From contig JAZDEQ010000067.1 of assembly GCA_043808565.1 (NCBI GenBank), positions 1 to 45,792 on the forward strand: a DNA stretch of 45,792 bases. Direction: 5' to 3'. This stretch comes from Candidatus Uhrbacteria bacterium. GTDB taxonomy: Bacteria; Patescibacteriota; Patescibacteriia; UBA9934; GWF2-40-263. Position numbers and translations under genes: made by a program. Of this stretch, positions 7,798 to 17,988 are shown piece after piece; position 1 is the stretch's first letter; the number at the start of each line of letters is the position of its first letter. Below the pieces are notes generated by a model. It was given only the letters and a program-made list of their open reading frames with translations, did not search any database and was not told the origin of the DNA.

Positions 7798-8244
7798 ATG
7801 TTTCAAAAAATCTACCTCGGCGCCGATCACGCTGGTTTTGAACGTAAGGAATTTCTTAAAAAAACGTTGGTTAATAACGAATATGACGTTATTGACCTTG
7901 GCAACGATCATTTTGATCAAGAAGACGATTACCCGGATTTCGCTTTTGCCGTGGCTAAAAAGGTAGCTAGCGAACCCGGGTCTTTTGGTATTCTCATCTG
8001 TGCCAATGGCCAAGGTATGTGCATGGCGGCCAATAAGATCCTTGGTATTCGTGGCGTTCTTGGTTACAATACTTGGGCCGCCGAAACCAGCCGACACGAC
8101 GACGACACAAATGTTTTATGTCTGCCGGGTAAATTCTTATCAGATGATGAAACTAAAAATATTGTTAAGGCGTGGTTAAAAACTGAATTTGCCGGTCAAG
8201 AACGGTTTGTTCGGAGAATTAAAAAAATGAATTTAATTTCGTAA
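7798..8244 (+). CDS. rpiB: Ribose-5-phosphate isomerase B (RpiB/LacA/LacB family)
   Basis: 148 aa with KIYLGADHAGFERK, ILICANGQGMCMAANK and a typical RpiB length. Confidence 0.85.
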   Translation: MFQKIYLGADHAGFERKEFLKKTLVNNEYDVIDLGNDHFDQEDDYPDFAFAVAKKVASEPGSFGILICANGQGMCMAANKILGIRGVLGYNTWAAETSRHDDDTNVLCLPGKFLSDDETKNIVKAWLKTEFAGQERFVRRIKKMNLIS

Positions 8245-8253
8245 AAACGTAAT

Positions 8254-8907
8254 ATGCCAGAAATAATCCCAACAATTCTCGCCAACGCCAAAAAAGAATT
8301 TGAAGAAAAATTACGCATTGAAGAAAAACTTGCCCCAACTATTCAGATCGACATTTTAGACGGCACACTTTTTTCAACCACCAATTGGCACGATGCCGAA
8401 GCGATTGGGCAAATGGTTACGCCGGCGGCTTTTGAACTTCATCTCATGGTTACTAACCCCCTACCAATTATTGCTGGGTGGATGTCCAAAGTCCTCAATG
8501 TTAAACGAGCTATTGTCCACGCGGAAATCGAACGGCCGGTTGGTAAAATAATTGAGGAAATTCACGAAAATTTTCTCATTGAGGCTGGTGTGGCTATTAA
8601 TCCGGAAACGCCGATTGAGGAAATTCACGATATTTTACCCATCTTAGATGTTCTAATGATCATGGGCGTTCACCCAGGCAAAACCGGTCAATCTTTTGAT
8701 GGCGAATATCTGCTAGAAAAAATCCGCGAAGCCAAAAGACGAGCTCCGGGTCTAACTATTGAAATCGATGGTGGAGTTACTCCAGAGCTTATCCCCAACT
8801 TCATGAAGTTAGGAGTTACTCGCTTTGCCGTAAATTCAGCCCTTTTCAAAGATAATCAGCCTGAAATCGCTTGGCAAACTTTACAAAAAGCTCTTCAAAA
8901 TAAATAA
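8254..8907 (+). CDS. rpe: Ribulose-phosphate 3-epimerase-like protein
   Basis: 217 aa with IQIDILDG, HLMV, GVAINPETP and MGVHPGKTGQSF, which fit the Rpe TIM-barrel pattern. It is adjacent to rpiB. Confidence 0.7.
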   Translation: MPEIIPTILANAKKEFEEKLRIEEKLAPTIQIDILDGTLFSTTNWHDAEAIGQMVTPAAFELHLMVTNPLPIIAGWMSKVLNVKRAIVHAEIERPVGKIIEEIHENFLIEAGVAINPETPIEEIHDILPILDVLMIMGVHPGKTGQSFDGEYLLEKIREAKRRAPGLTIEIDGGVTPELIPNFMKLGVTRFAVNSALFKDNQPEIAWQTLQKALQNK

Positions 8908-8960
8908 AAAAGGTGTTATAATAATCTTTGTTAAAATCAAAAATAATCTCCGAAAATTCT

Positions 8961-9758
8961 ATGTTTAAAAAAATTATCTTCCTTTTTAGTATGTTGGCTT
9001 TGGTGGTAGGTAGCCTGGGCTTAGCCCGGCCAGTCGCCGCCTCAACTGTTTCGCTTTCCAGCTTACAAGCCGGCGATCTTGTTCGAGGACAATCGCTACC
9101 AGCCGTTTATTATTTTGGTAAAGATGGTTTTCGCTATGTGTTCCCTAATGATAAAACCTATTTTACTTGGTACGAAAACTTTGACTCAGTAAAATGGTTG
9201 TCTGATGCTGATTTGGGTAAATTACAAATCGGTGGCAATGTCACTTATAAGCCGGGTACCAAAATGATCAAAATCAACAGCGATCCTAAAACTTATGCTG
9301 TTGGTCAAAACGGCGAATTACATTGGGTAACTTCTGAAGCTGTGGCCGTAGCTCTCTATGGAACTAACTGGAATACCAAAATTGACGACGTACCAGATGG
9401 TTTTTTCTCTAACTATTCTGTCGACTCTGATATCGAAGCCGCCGACGATTTTATTCCGGCTGAACAAACTGCCGCGGCTCAGGATATTAACGATGACAAA
9501 GACTTAAACTACCCAACCTATATCTCAACAACCGACAGCGGTTATTCCAAGTCCAGTGTCACCATCAGTGCTGGTCGGGTTATCAAATTTACCAATAATG
9601 GCACCAGCAAACACACGGCTACAGCCGAAGATCTTTCTTGGGGTTCTGGTACTCTGAACGCCGGTGATTCATTTAGCCGTTATTTCAATGAGCCGGGAAC
9701 CCATGAAGTTTTCTGTAGTTACCATTCCTCAGAAACCATGACCATAATTGTTGAATAA
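8961..9758 (+). CDS. Secreted protein with a C-terminal cupredoxin-like (blue-copper-type) domain
   Basis: The signal peptide MFKKIIFLFSMLALVVGSLGLARPVAAS starts at the first ATG; the ORF track begins at an upstream TTG (8928). The C-terminus ..HTATAED..THEVFCSYHSSETMTIIV has H/C/H/M ligand-like spacing. A hairpin terminator follows. Confidence 0.6.
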   Translation: MFKKIIFLFSMLALVVGSLGLARPVAASTVSLSSLQAGDLVRGQSLPAVYYFGKDGFRYVFPNDKTYFTWYENFDSVKWLSDADLGKLQIGGNVTYKPGTKMIKINSDPKTYAVGQNGELHWVTSEAVAVALYGTNWNTKIDDVPDGFFSNYSVDSDIEAADDFIPAEQTAAAQDINDDKDLNYPTYISTTDSGYSKSSVTISAGRVIKFTNNGTSKHTATAEDLSWGSGTLNAGDSFSRYFNEPGTHEVFCSYHSSETMTIIVE

Positions 9759-9761
9759 AAA

Positions 9762-9800
9762 AAGCCCCGTCCCAAAAATTATAAAGGACGGGGTTTTATT
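9762..9800 (+). terminator. Intrinsic terminator after the cupredoxin-like gene
   Basis: AAAGCCCCGTCC..GGACGGGGTTTTATTTTT: a GC stem followed by a T-run. Confidence 0.6.
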
Positions 9801-9830
9801 TTTCTTAAATTTTCGTTACGCTATTAAAGT

Positions 9831-11405
9831 ATGAAGGTTAGATGGTCGGTGATTATTACGCTAGGAATTTTTGCCTTAATTCTTGGTTTTTTAATTATCT
9901 TGGAAAATTATCCAAATTTTCCCGACGCTGACTCTTTTTATCATGCCAAAATGGCGACCGTAATTAGAGATCAAGGATTTATCGATACTTTTCCATGGTT
10001 TCAGTGGACGGGTTTGAAAGAGACCTATATTAATCCCCACTGGCTTTATCATATTTTTTTAATACCTTTTGTTACGGTTTTTCCTCCTTTGGTCGGCATG
10101 AAAGTAGCCGCAACTTTTTTTGGACTAGCGGCTTTTTTAGCCCTTTATTTAATGCTACGAGCTTTCAAGGTTCCATGGCCTTGGCTTTTTTTGGTGGCCG
10201 CCCTGCTCTCTGGTGATTGGCTTTTTCGTATGGCCATGCCGCGCGCGCCGGCTCTGGCTATTGTTTTTCTTTTTTTTGGGACTTGGGCTATTGTAAAAAA
10301 ACACCCGCGGCTTTTATTTTTTCTGGCTATGTTTTTTGTTTGGTTTTATCACGGCTGGCCAGTCCTGGTTCTTTCTTTACTCGCCAACTCGGTGGCTCAG
10401 CTTATCGCTCTAAGTCTCGACGAGCCGTTTTCTTTAAAAAAACTTTTTAAAAACTTTATTCAAAAAACTTATAAAATTTCTTTGGCAACTTTTGGCGGTT
10501 TGCTGGCGGGATTAATAATCAATCCTTATTTTCCACAAAACATTTATTTCAGTTTTTTGGATATTTTTAAAATCGGAATTATTAATTATCAATCTTTTTT
10601 ACCAGTTGGCCAAGAATGGTTCCCGGCCGAATTAAACAATTTGGTTTTAGGATCAACCATGGTGATTATTTTAACCGTCGTGGGATTATTTTTTTTCTTG
10701 CCAGCTTTACAAAATTTAACGACCAAAAACCTGACAGAAAAAGTCGAACAACTTTTTACTTTTTTATTATTGGCTGGTGGTTATTTTATTTTAACTTTAA
10801 AGTCTGTTCGTTACCTCGAATATTTTTTCCCTTTCTTGGTTATTTTTACAGGAATCCTTTGGACAATTAGCCAAACCTTTTTACAAACTCATGTCTGGCC
10901 AAAAATCAAAAGCCGCTTTCAACATCGTCGTTGTTTAAAATGGTTAACTACAAGTTTATTAATAATTTTTCTTCTAGCCATTTTTCAAAATGAATTTTTT
11001 AATCTTACCCAAGGTAATCATGATTATTTTCAGGCTGAACAATACACCACGGCCACTGATTGGCTTAAACAAAACCTGCCGGCGGGTGAAGTAGTTTTTC
11101 ATAATTCTTGGGATTTTTCGCCGATTTTGTGGTATCTTGACGACACCCATTACTACCTAGCCGGTCTTGATCCAACTTTTATGTACGATTACAATCCTGA
11201 AATTTTTAATCTTTGGTGGAATATTTCTTGTGGCAAAGATTCTAATGTGACTAAAATCAATTCAATTTTTCATTCACGAGTCGTCGTGATTGACCGTCGT
11301 TTTGCTAGTGCTAAAAAATTTATAACCAATTTGGAAACTTCGGGATTATTTCGTGAGGTCGAAAGAAACGAATGGGTGAGTGTTTATGCTGATTATTCTT
11401 TATGA
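9831..11405 (+). CDS. Polytopic membrane protein, GT-C-type glycosyltransferase-like (ArnT/PMT/STT3-like)
   Basis: 524 aa with many hydrophobic segments and a DADSFYHAK motif in the first loop. It overlaps the next GT2 gene by ATGA (translational coupling). Confidence 0.5.
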   Translation: MKVRWSVIITLGIFALILGFLIILENYPNFPDADSFYHAKMATVIRDQGFIDTFPWFQWTGLKETYINPHWLYHIFLIPFVTVFPPLVGMKVAATFFGLAAFLALYLMLRAFKVPWPWLFLVAALLSGDWLFRMAMPRAPALAIVFLFFGTWAIVKKHPRLLFFLAMFFVWFYHGWPVLVLSLLANSVAQLIALSLDEPFSLKKLFKNFIQKTYKISLATFGGLLAGLIINPYFPQNIYFSFLDIFKIGIINYQSFLPVGQEWFPAELNNLVLGSTMVIILTVVGLFFFLPALQNLTTKNLTEKVEQLFTFLLLAGGYFILTLKSVRYLEYFFPFLVIFTGILWTISQTFLQTHVWPKIKSRFQHRRCLKWLTTSLLIIFLLAIFQNEFFNLTQGNHDYFQAEQYTTATDWLKQNLPAGEVVFHNSWDFSPILWYLDDTHYYLAGLDPTFMYDYNPEIFNLWWNISCGKDSNVTKINSIFHSRVVVIDRRFASAKKFITNLETSGLFREVERNEWVSVYADYSL

Positions 11406-12127
11406 AAATAAATATCACTGTACCGGTTCATAATGAAGAAAAAATTTTAGTTTCAAATGTCACTAAAATTTTAGACAATTTATCTTCATTTTTTACTCCA
11501 CACGACTGGACTTTGGTTATCGCCGAAAACGGTTCGACCGACAACACTGGTTTAATCGCCGAAAAAATTGCCCAACAACAACCGCAGGTATTTTTTATTG
11601 CTTCAAAAATCGCCGACAAGTGGTCGGCCATTCGCGCTGGCTGGGTCGCGGTTCCGGCTGAAATTTATATTTTTTTTGATGCTGATTTGGCCACTGATCT
11701 TAAACATTTGCCCGAACTTTTATCGGCTCTGGAAACAGCTGATTTGGCCATCGGTACGCGCCACCAAAAAAAATCTGTGGTCTCTCGACCGTGGACACGT
11801 TCATTTTTTTCCCATGGCTATTGTTGGCTGGTAAAAATTTTTCTTCGTCTGCCCTTCACTGATTTTCAGTGTGGTTTCAAAGCCGTTCGTTATCAAGCTT
11901 GGCAAAAAATTTCTCCATTTCTGACCAGTGCTGGTTTATTTACTGATACCGAAATCTTGGCCGTTGCCACCAAACTCAGTCTAAAAGTAACTGAAGTTCC
12001 GATTACGTGGCGCGAAATAAAAAGTCCCGGCCGAAAAAGTAAAGCCAAAATTTTTAAAAACGGTTTTCAATTTATTGGTCAGCTTTTAAAATTAAAAAAA
12101 CGCCTCGCCGCTTTGCCAAAAAAATGA
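11402..12127 (+). CDS. Family 2 glycosyltransferase (polyprenol-phosphate sugar synthase-like)
   Basis: 241 aa with ITVPVHNEE, AENGSTDNT and FFDADLATD (the DxD motif). Confidence 0.75.
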   Translation: MKINITVPVHNEEKILVSNVTKILDNLSSFFTPHDWTLVIAENGSTDNTGLIAEKIAQQQPQVFFIASKIADKWSAIRAGWVAVPAEIYIFFDADLATDLKHLPELLSALETADLAIGTRHQKKSVVSRPWTRSFFSHGYCWLVKIFLRLPFTDFQCGFKAVRYQAWQKISPFLTSAGLFTDTEILAVATKLSLKVTEVPITWREIKSPGRKSKAKIFKNGFQFIGQLLKLKKRLAALPKK

Positions 12128-12142
12128 TAAAATGTAAAAACT

Positions 12143-12976
12143 ATGGACCAACTCAATGAAAAAACCTTAAAAAGTCTGAAAAAAATCGCCAACAAAATCC
12201 GCCAAGATATTATTGAAATGTTGGCCAAAGCTAGGTCGGGTCATCCGGCCGGAGCTCTTGGTTTGGCTGATATTTTTTCGGCTTTTTATTTTCAAATTTT
12301 AAATCATCGACCTAAGGAACCGGCTTGGAAAAATCGCGACCGCTTAATTCTTTCCAATGGCCATGTTTGTCCCGCTCGCTATGCGGCCATGGCTGAAGCT
12401 GGATATTTTTTCAAAGAAAAACTTTTAACCCTGCGACAACTCGGTTCCCCGCTTCAGGGTCACCCCGAACCCCATCGTTTGCCTGGACTCGAAACCCTTT
12501 CTGGACCGCTCGGCGAAGGTTCGTCACAAGCTGTTGGTTTGGCCTATGCGGCCAAAATGGATAAGGCTACCTGGCGCGTTTACTGCATTATGTCTGATGG
12601 CGAACTCCAGGAAGGCCAAACTTGGGAAGCCTTGCTTTTTGCCGCCAAATACAAATTAAACAATTGTACTTTTATTATCGACCGCAACAATATCCAAATC
12701 GAAGGTCATACCGAAGAAATTATGCTCCTTGAACCACTGGCTGATAAATTTTCCGCTTTCGGCCTTCATGTTGAAAAATGCGATGGTAATAATATTGAGA
12801 GCTTTATTCGGGCTGTTGAAAACGCTAAAAAAAATATAGACAAACCAACAGTTATTATCGCTAAAACTATTCCTGGTAAAGGAGTAAGCTTTATGGAGAA
12901 TAAAGTTGAATGGCACGGCAAACCACCGTCGATTGAAGAAGCCGACTTAGCTTTAATTGAACTTAAAAAAAATTAA
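12143..12976 (+). CDS. tkt: Transketolase, N-terminal (TPP-binding) subunit
   Basis: 277 aa with SGHPAGALGLADIF, LSNGHVCPARYA, LQGHPE and GPLGEG. Confidence 0.9.
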   Translation: MDQLNEKTLKSLKKIANKIRQDIIEMLAKARSGHPAGALGLADIFSAFYFQILNHRPKEPAWKNRDRLILSNGHVCPARYAAMAEAGYFFKEKLLTLRQLGSPLQGHPEPHRLPGLETLSGPLGEGSSQAVGLAYAAKMDKATWRVYCIMSDGELQEGQTWEALLFAAKYKLNNCTFIIDRNNIQIEGHTEEIMLLEPLADKFSAFGLHVEKCDGNNIESFIRAVENAKKNIDKPTVIIAKTIPGKGVSFMENKVEWHGKPPSIEEADLALIELKKN

Positions 12977-12986
12977 ATAAAATTTT

Positions 12987-13967
12987 ATGCAACGCAAAAC
13001 CAAAATAACTATTGTTTCGATCATTGGCGCAATAATTCTTATTCCGATCGTTGTCTTTTTCCTAGTCACAGTTTCTCTCTCTTTATTTAAAAATGGAAGA
13101 GCTTCTTCATCGTCGGCAGTTTCCATTATGGGCTCAATGCAAAATGCCGTGGCTCCAACCATGACTAAAAATTTTTCTGGAACGGTTGGTGTGGCTGTTA
13201 ATGAAGATATAGCGAATACAAAAAAAATAGTGTTTGATCAAGGTAGTACTACCGGTGGTGAAACTGCAGCCGAAGTCGATCAAAAAATTATTAAAACTGG
13301 TTATCTTGACCTTGTGGTTGATGCCGTCGACGAGACGGTGGTAAAAATAACCGCTCTCGCTTCTGGCAAAGGTGGCTATATTCAAAGCTCGTCGGTTTAT
13401 GAACGCGAAAATGGCACCAAATACGGCACCGTGGCTATTCGGATTCCAGCCACTGAATTTGAAAACTCTCTAACTGACATCAAAAAACTCGCTACTGCCA
13501 TCAACACTGAATCGGCCAGTGGTCAGGACGTTACCGAGCAATACACTGACCTCGAAGCCCGATTAAAAAACGCCCAAGCTCAAGAAACTGAATATTTAGA
13601 AATTTTAAAAAAAGCCGTAACTGTTAATGACATCTTGGCCGTGCAATCTTACTTAGGCGAAACTCGCGGTCAAATTGAATCGCTTCAGGGTCAAATTAAA
13701 TATCTGAGTAATCTCACTAGTTATTCAACTATCACAGTTTCATTATCAGAAGAACCAACCATTAATCTACCCACCAAAGAATTCCGTCCGTGGACCGCAG
13801 TTAAAGAAGCGGCTCAATCATTAGTCGCCGTGGCCCAAACTTTGTTTATCACCTTAATCTGGTTAGTAATTTTAGGTGGTGGAATTTTCTTGCCGATAAT
13901 TATTGGTTTAGTAATTATTGTTTTGGTTATTAAGAAAGTCTGGCACAAAATTTCCAATCAAAAATAG
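12987..13967 (+). CDS. DUF4349-like membrane-anchored protein
   Basis: 326 aa with an N-terminal TM segment, a central coiled region (TEQYTDLEARLKNAQAQETEYLEILKKA, RGQIESLQGQIKYL) and a C-terminal TM pair. This pattern matches DUF4349 as I recall it. Confidence 0.6.
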   Translation: MQRKTKITIVSIIGAIILIPIVVFFLVTVSLSLFKNGRASSSSAVSIMGSMQNAVAPTMTKNFSGTVGVAVNEDIANTKKIVFDQGSTTGGETAAEVDQKIIKTGYLDLVVDAVDETVVKITALASGKGGYIQSSSVYERENGTKYGTVAIRIPATEFENSLTDIKKLATAINTESASGQDVTEQYTDLEARLKNAQAQETEYLEILKKAVTVNDILAVQSYLGETRGQIESLQGQIKYLSNLTSYSTITVSLSEEPTINLPTKEFRPWTAVKEAAQSLVAVAQTLFITLIWLVILGGGIFLPIIIGLVIIVLVIKKVWHKISNQK

Positions 13968-13968
13968 T

Positions 13969-14964
13969 ATGGCAAAAAACAACGACACTGGAACTGAAAC
14001 CAAAGGCCAAAAAAAATCCTTAGCTACCCGTGACGGTTTTGGCCAAGGTTTGGTTGAGGCTGGCAAAAAAAATAAACAAGTTGTTGTTCTCTCGGCTGAC
14101 TTAACCGAATCAACTCGTTGTCTACCCTTCAAAAAACAATTTCCCGAACGTTTTATTCAACTTGGAGTTTCTGAACAATCAATGGCTTCGATTGCCGCTG
14201 GAATGTCCCTGGTTGGAAAAATTCCCTTCATTACTAGCTACGCTGTTTTTTCGCCGGGTCGAAACTGGGAACAAGTTCGCACTTGTATTGCTCTGCAAAA
14301 CTCGAATGTTAAAATTGTCGGCTCGCATGCTGGTTTGAACGTTGGACCAGACGGAGCGTCGCATCAGGGATTAGAAGACATTGCTTTAACTCGCGTTCTG
14401 CCTAACATGACGGTCGTTGTTCCCTGCGATGCCGAGGAAGCACGAAAAGCCACTCTGGCCGCAGCCGAACTTGTTGGACCGGTTTATTTGCGTCTAACCC
14501 GCGAATCCTCGCCGGCCATCACTGTCACAAACTCGCCATTTAAAATCGGCCGAGCTGAAACTCTACGCCCGGGCAAAGACGCGACAATTATCGCCGCTGG
14601 GCCAATTGTTTTTGAAGCTATTGAAGCCGCCAAAATTCTCAAACAAAAAAACAATTTAAACGTTCGAGTAATCAATTGTCATACAATAAAGCCGCTCGAT
14701 CAAAAAACTATTCTCACGGCCGCCAAACAAACCGGAGCAATTGTCACCGCCGAAGAACATATGATGGCCGGTGGCCTTGGCAGTGCCGTTGCTGAACTTT
14801 TGGTCGCGACTTATCCAGTGCCAATGGAATTTGTTGGTGTCAAAGACAAATTTGGCGAGTCGGGCAAACCCATGGAATTGATGAAAAAATACGGGTTGTT
14901 AGCAGAAAATATCGTTAAAGCCGTTTTGCGGGCGATAAAAAGAAAAAACAACAACTGCAAATAA
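13969..14964 (+). CDS. tkt: Transketolase, C-terminal (pyrimidine-binding) subunit
   Basis: The start is taken at the ATG (MAKNNDTG) just after the upstream stop. Motifs: ATRDGFGQGL, VLSADLTEST, ERFIQLGVSEQSM and GPDGASHQGLEDIA. Confidence 0.9.
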   Translation: MAKNNDTGTETKGQKKSLATRDGFGQGLVEAGKKNKQVVVLSADLTESTRCLPFKKQFPERFIQLGVSEQSMASIAAGMSLVGKIPFITSYAVFSPGRNWEQVRTCIALQNSNVKIVGSHAGLNVGPDGASHQGLEDIALTRVLPNMTVVVPCDAEEARKATLAAAELVGPVYLRLTRESSPAITVTNSPFKIGRAETLRPGKDATIIAAGPIVFEAIEAAKILKQKNNLNVRVINCHTIKPLDQKTILTAAKQTGAIVTAEEHMMAGGLGSAVAELLVATYPVPMEFVGVKDKFGESGKPMELMKKYGLLAENIVKAVLRAIKRKNNNCK

Positions 14965-15013
14965 TGACCGATCGGCCATAATTTGCCGTCAAAAAAATAT
15001 CCCGGCCGTCAGG

Positions 15014-16444
15014 TCAGGATATTTTTTTAATTTCTTCAGCCAGAAATTTTTTGGCTTCGGTTTTTGTTAAAATTTTTCCTAAACGTCTTTTTTCCTCAAC
15101 AGTTTTTAAAAATTTTCCAATCAGTCGACCGTCAAGCGGCTGAGCTTTTTTTATTTTTTGCCAAGTCGACAAAACGTCTCGACCTAAAAGCAACGGCTGA
15201 TTACTTAATTTATATTTTTGGATAATTTGTTTCATTTTTTGACCCGAAACAAAAACCCCTCTTAGTTTTTTACCCCGATAATCAGCTTCGCAGACCGTCA
15301 AAAAAGCCACTAAAGAAACTGGACCAAGACGACGCAAGAGATCAGCAATTTCACCAATATAACGCCGTTCAACAATTTCTTTATTTTTTAAACTTTTTAA
15401 AAGGACCGGTGGCCAGCGGTGCTCACGAATTATTATTCCGACTGAATCGACAATCAAATTAGAATATCGCCAGCGCGACAAAACCAAACGAACGATTTTT
15501 TCGCCGATTTCCGAATGACCAATCGCCCGAACTCGGCCTTTTATTTCTTTGGTCACGGTTGGTTTGCCAACGTCGTGGAAAAGAGTGGCTAGTAAAACCA
15601 AAAGTCTATCGGTTTCAGAAAATTTTTCTAATCGAGTTAATTTAGCCGCCGCGTCAACTGCCAATTTGGTGTGTTCCCAAACATCCCCTTCGGGATGCCA
15701 CGATGGTTCTTGAAAACAATTTTTTAACGACAATAATTCCGGACAAATAACTTTTAAAATTCCTAGCTCTCTCAATAACTCCAAGCCATAAGATGGCTGT
15801 TTTGATTTCAAAAGTAGTTTATCTATTTCTTCACGAACCCTTTCGGCCGAAAGTTCAGCTAAGGCTCCGGCGACCACCATTTTTTTGATCAATCGGACGG
15901 TTTTATCATCAATTACCAAATCAAACCGTGAAGCAAACTGGACAGCTCGCAGAACCCGCAACGGATCTTCAACAAAAGTTTTAGCCTCAACCATTCGTAA
16001 AACTTTATTTTTTAAATCCGCTTGACCGCCAAAAAAATCAAAAATTTGACCAGTCAGCGGATCCATCAACATGGCATTAATCGTAAAATCGCGACGTCGA
16101 GCCGCGTCTTTCATAGAAAGCCCAAGATCGGCTATGGCCACAATGCCCCGATGACCGCGCCCGACTTTGGAATCACGGCGCGGCAAGGAAACGTCTAGAG
16201 TGTAACCATTACTCAATGATACGTGTAAAACATTAAATGACTTACCAACCGCCTTAACCCGACGCGCCCCAAAATTTTTCTTTAAAAGTTTTTCCAATTC
16301 AACCAAAGAAAGTCCATAAACTTCAAGATCAATATCCTTAGATTTCTCGCCCAACAAAAAGTCTCGAACAAACCCACCAACGTAAAAAACTTTCGCTTGT
16401 TTAGCAAGTTTTTTAACCACGGCTTCAATCTTTTTGTCTGACAT
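15014..16444 (-). CDS. cca: CCA-adding tRNA nucleotidyltransferase with an HD domain
   Basis: 476 aa with GGFVRDFLLGEKSKDIDLEV, RRDFTINAM, DPLRVLRAVQFASRF and the HD motif LFHDVGKP. Confidence 0.85.
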   Translation of the reverse strand: MSDKKIEAVVKKLAKQAKVFYVGGFVRDFLLGEKSKDIDLEVYGLSLVELEKLLKKNFGARRVKAVGKSFNVLHVSLSNGYTLDVSLPRRDSKVGRGHRGIVAIADLGLSMKDAARRRDFTINAMLMDPLTGQIFDFFGGQADLKNKVLRMVEAKTFVEDPLRVLRAVQFASRFDLVIDDKTVRLIKKMVVAGALAELSAERVREEIDKLLLKSKQPSYGLELLRELGILKVICPELLSLKNCFQEPSWHPEGDVWEHTKLAVDAAAKLTRLEKFSETDRLLVLLATLFHDVGKPTVTKEIKGRVRAIGHSEIGEKIVRLVLSRWRYSNLIVDSVGIIIREHRWPPVLLKSLKNKEIVERRYIGEIADLLRRLGPVSLVAFLTVCEADYRGKKLRGVFVSGQKMKQIIQKYKLSNQPLLLGRDVLSTWQKIKKAQPLDGRLIGKFLKTVEEKRRLGKILTKTEAKKFLAEEIKKIS

Positions 16445-16540
16445 AAATTAGGCTAATAGTACTTTCTCATTTTTTTTAATCTGAAGCAAGAAAAAATCGC
16501 TCGAGAATTAAAAATCTGTTATAATATTGTCATTAAAATT

Positions 16541-17458
16541 ATGTTAACTTCGTTATCTAATCTTTTGAATCGCGCCCAACATAAACACTACGCTGTCGGG
16601 GCTTTTAATGTTTATAACTTGGAAACCATTCAAGCTGTCATTGCGGCGGCCGAAGCCGAACGTTCACCGGTCATTATTCAAACTTCAGAAGCGGCCATCA
16701 AATATGCTGGCTTGGAAATTCTTGGAGCGATGGTTCATCAGCTGGCTAAAAAAACCAAAGCGCCAATAATTTTTCACCTAGATCATGGAAAAAACGAAAA
16801 ACTGGTTGCTGAAGCTATTAAAAGTGGTTGGTATGGCAGTGTAATGTTTGATGGTTCGGCTTTGCCTTACAAAAAAAATCTCCAAATTACTAAAAAACTC
16901 GTCAAATTAGCTCATACCAAAGGCGTGGCTGTCGAGGCTGAGCTAGGAGCTATTGCTGGTATTGAAGATTTGGTTTCGGTCAAAGATCGTGACGCCCAAC
17001 TAACCAATCCTAAACAGGCGGCCGAATTTGTTCGCGAAACTGGTTGCGATGCCCTAGCCATAGCCATTGGCACTAAACACGGCGCCTACAAATTTCACGG
17101 CGATTGCCAATTGGATTTTGAACGTTTAAAAGAAATCCGGGCGGCGGTTTCTGTTCCGCTGGTTCTTCATGGTGCTTCTGGGGTTCCGGCAGCTATTAAA
17201 AATTTGGCCATAAAATTTGGTGCGGAAATTGGCGAAGCCAAGGGTATTTCTGACTCAGCTATTAAAAAAGCTGTGACTTTAGGTATTTGTAAAATTAATA
17301 TTGATACTGATTTGCGGATTGCTTTTATTGCCGGATTACATCAATTCATAGAAAACAACCCAAAAGATATTGACCCTCGAGCTTTTTTATCAGCTGGCAA
17401 AGAAAAAATAACTGAAGTGGTTCGACAAAAAATTCGGTTGTTTGGGTCAGGTGTCTAA
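16541..17458 (+). CDS. fba: Class II fructose-bisphosphate aldolase
   Basis: 305 aa with YAVGAFNVYNLE, PVIIQTSE, HLDHG, MFDGS and LVLHGASG. Confidence 0.88.
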   Translation: MLTSLSNLLNRAQHKHYAVGAFNVYNLETIQAVIAAAEAERSPVIIQTSEAAIKYAGLEILGAMVHQLAKKTKAPIIFHLDHGKNEKLVAEAIKSGWYGSVMFDGSALPYKKNLQITKKLVKLAHTKGVAVEAELGAIAGIEDLVSVKDRDAQLTNPKQAAEFVRETGCDALAIAIGTKHGAYKFHGDCQLDFERLKEIRAAVSVPLVLHGASGVPAAIKNLAIKFGAEIGEAKGISDSAIKKAVTLGICKINIDTDLRIAFIAGLHQFIENNPKDIDPRAFLSAGKEKITEVVRQKIRLFGSGV

Positions 17459-17467
17459 ACCTTGCCA

Positions 17468-17495
17468 TGCCCGCCATAGCCCAGCGACGGCGGGA
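17468..17495. repeat. Conserved hairpin repeat, copy A (TGCCCGCCATAGCCCAGCGACGGCGGGA)
   Basis: One of four copies of TGCCCG(Y)CC..AGCCC.AGCG..GGCGGG(T). The stem is CCCGCC/GGCGGG. Confidence 0.7.
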
Positions 17496-17547
17496 TTTCC
17501 TTGATTTGGGGATTTACCTGATGTTGGGTTGGTTTTTTGAGTTTTTT

Positions 17548-17988
17548 ATGGAACATGAAGAATTAACTGGAAAGATTATTGGTTGCGCTATGGCTGTTCA
17601 TTCGGCTCTGGGGAATGGTTTTCAAGAAGTTATTTATCAACGAGCCATGGTTATTGAAATGACCGATCTAGGATTAAAGTTTAGTCGGGAACACGAGATG
17701 GATATTTTTTATAAAGGCCAAAAGATCGGAAATCGTCGAGTTGACTTTTTTGTTGAAAGAAAGATTATGGTAGAAATTAAAGCCCAAATTTCTCTAGAAG
17801 ACGTCCACCTAGCCCAAGCCATGAATTATTTGGAAGCTTATAATTTAGAAATCGGATTGCTGATAAATTTCGGTGCCAAGCGTTTAGAATTTAAAAGGGT
17901 CCATAACAACAAACCAATCAAGAAAATCCCGCCACGTCCTTCCGAAGTCCGAACGAAGGAGGATTTAATCAAGGGAATCAAGGTTTAG
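17548..17988 (+). CDS. GxxExxY-family protein (PD-(D/E)XK-like fold)
   Basis: The start is taken at MEHEELTGKIIGCAMAVH; the upstream part of the ORF is the repeat hairpin. Motifs: LGNGFQEVIYQRA, VDFFVERKIMVEIKA and GLLINFG. Confidence 0.75.
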   Translation: MEHEELTGKIIGCAMAVHSALGNGFQEVIYQRAMVIEMTDLGLKFSREHEMDIFYKGQKIGNRRVDFFVERKIMVEIKAQISLEDVHLAQAMNYLEAYNLEIGLLINFGAKRLEFKRVHNNKPIKKIPPRPSEVRTKEDLIKGIKV

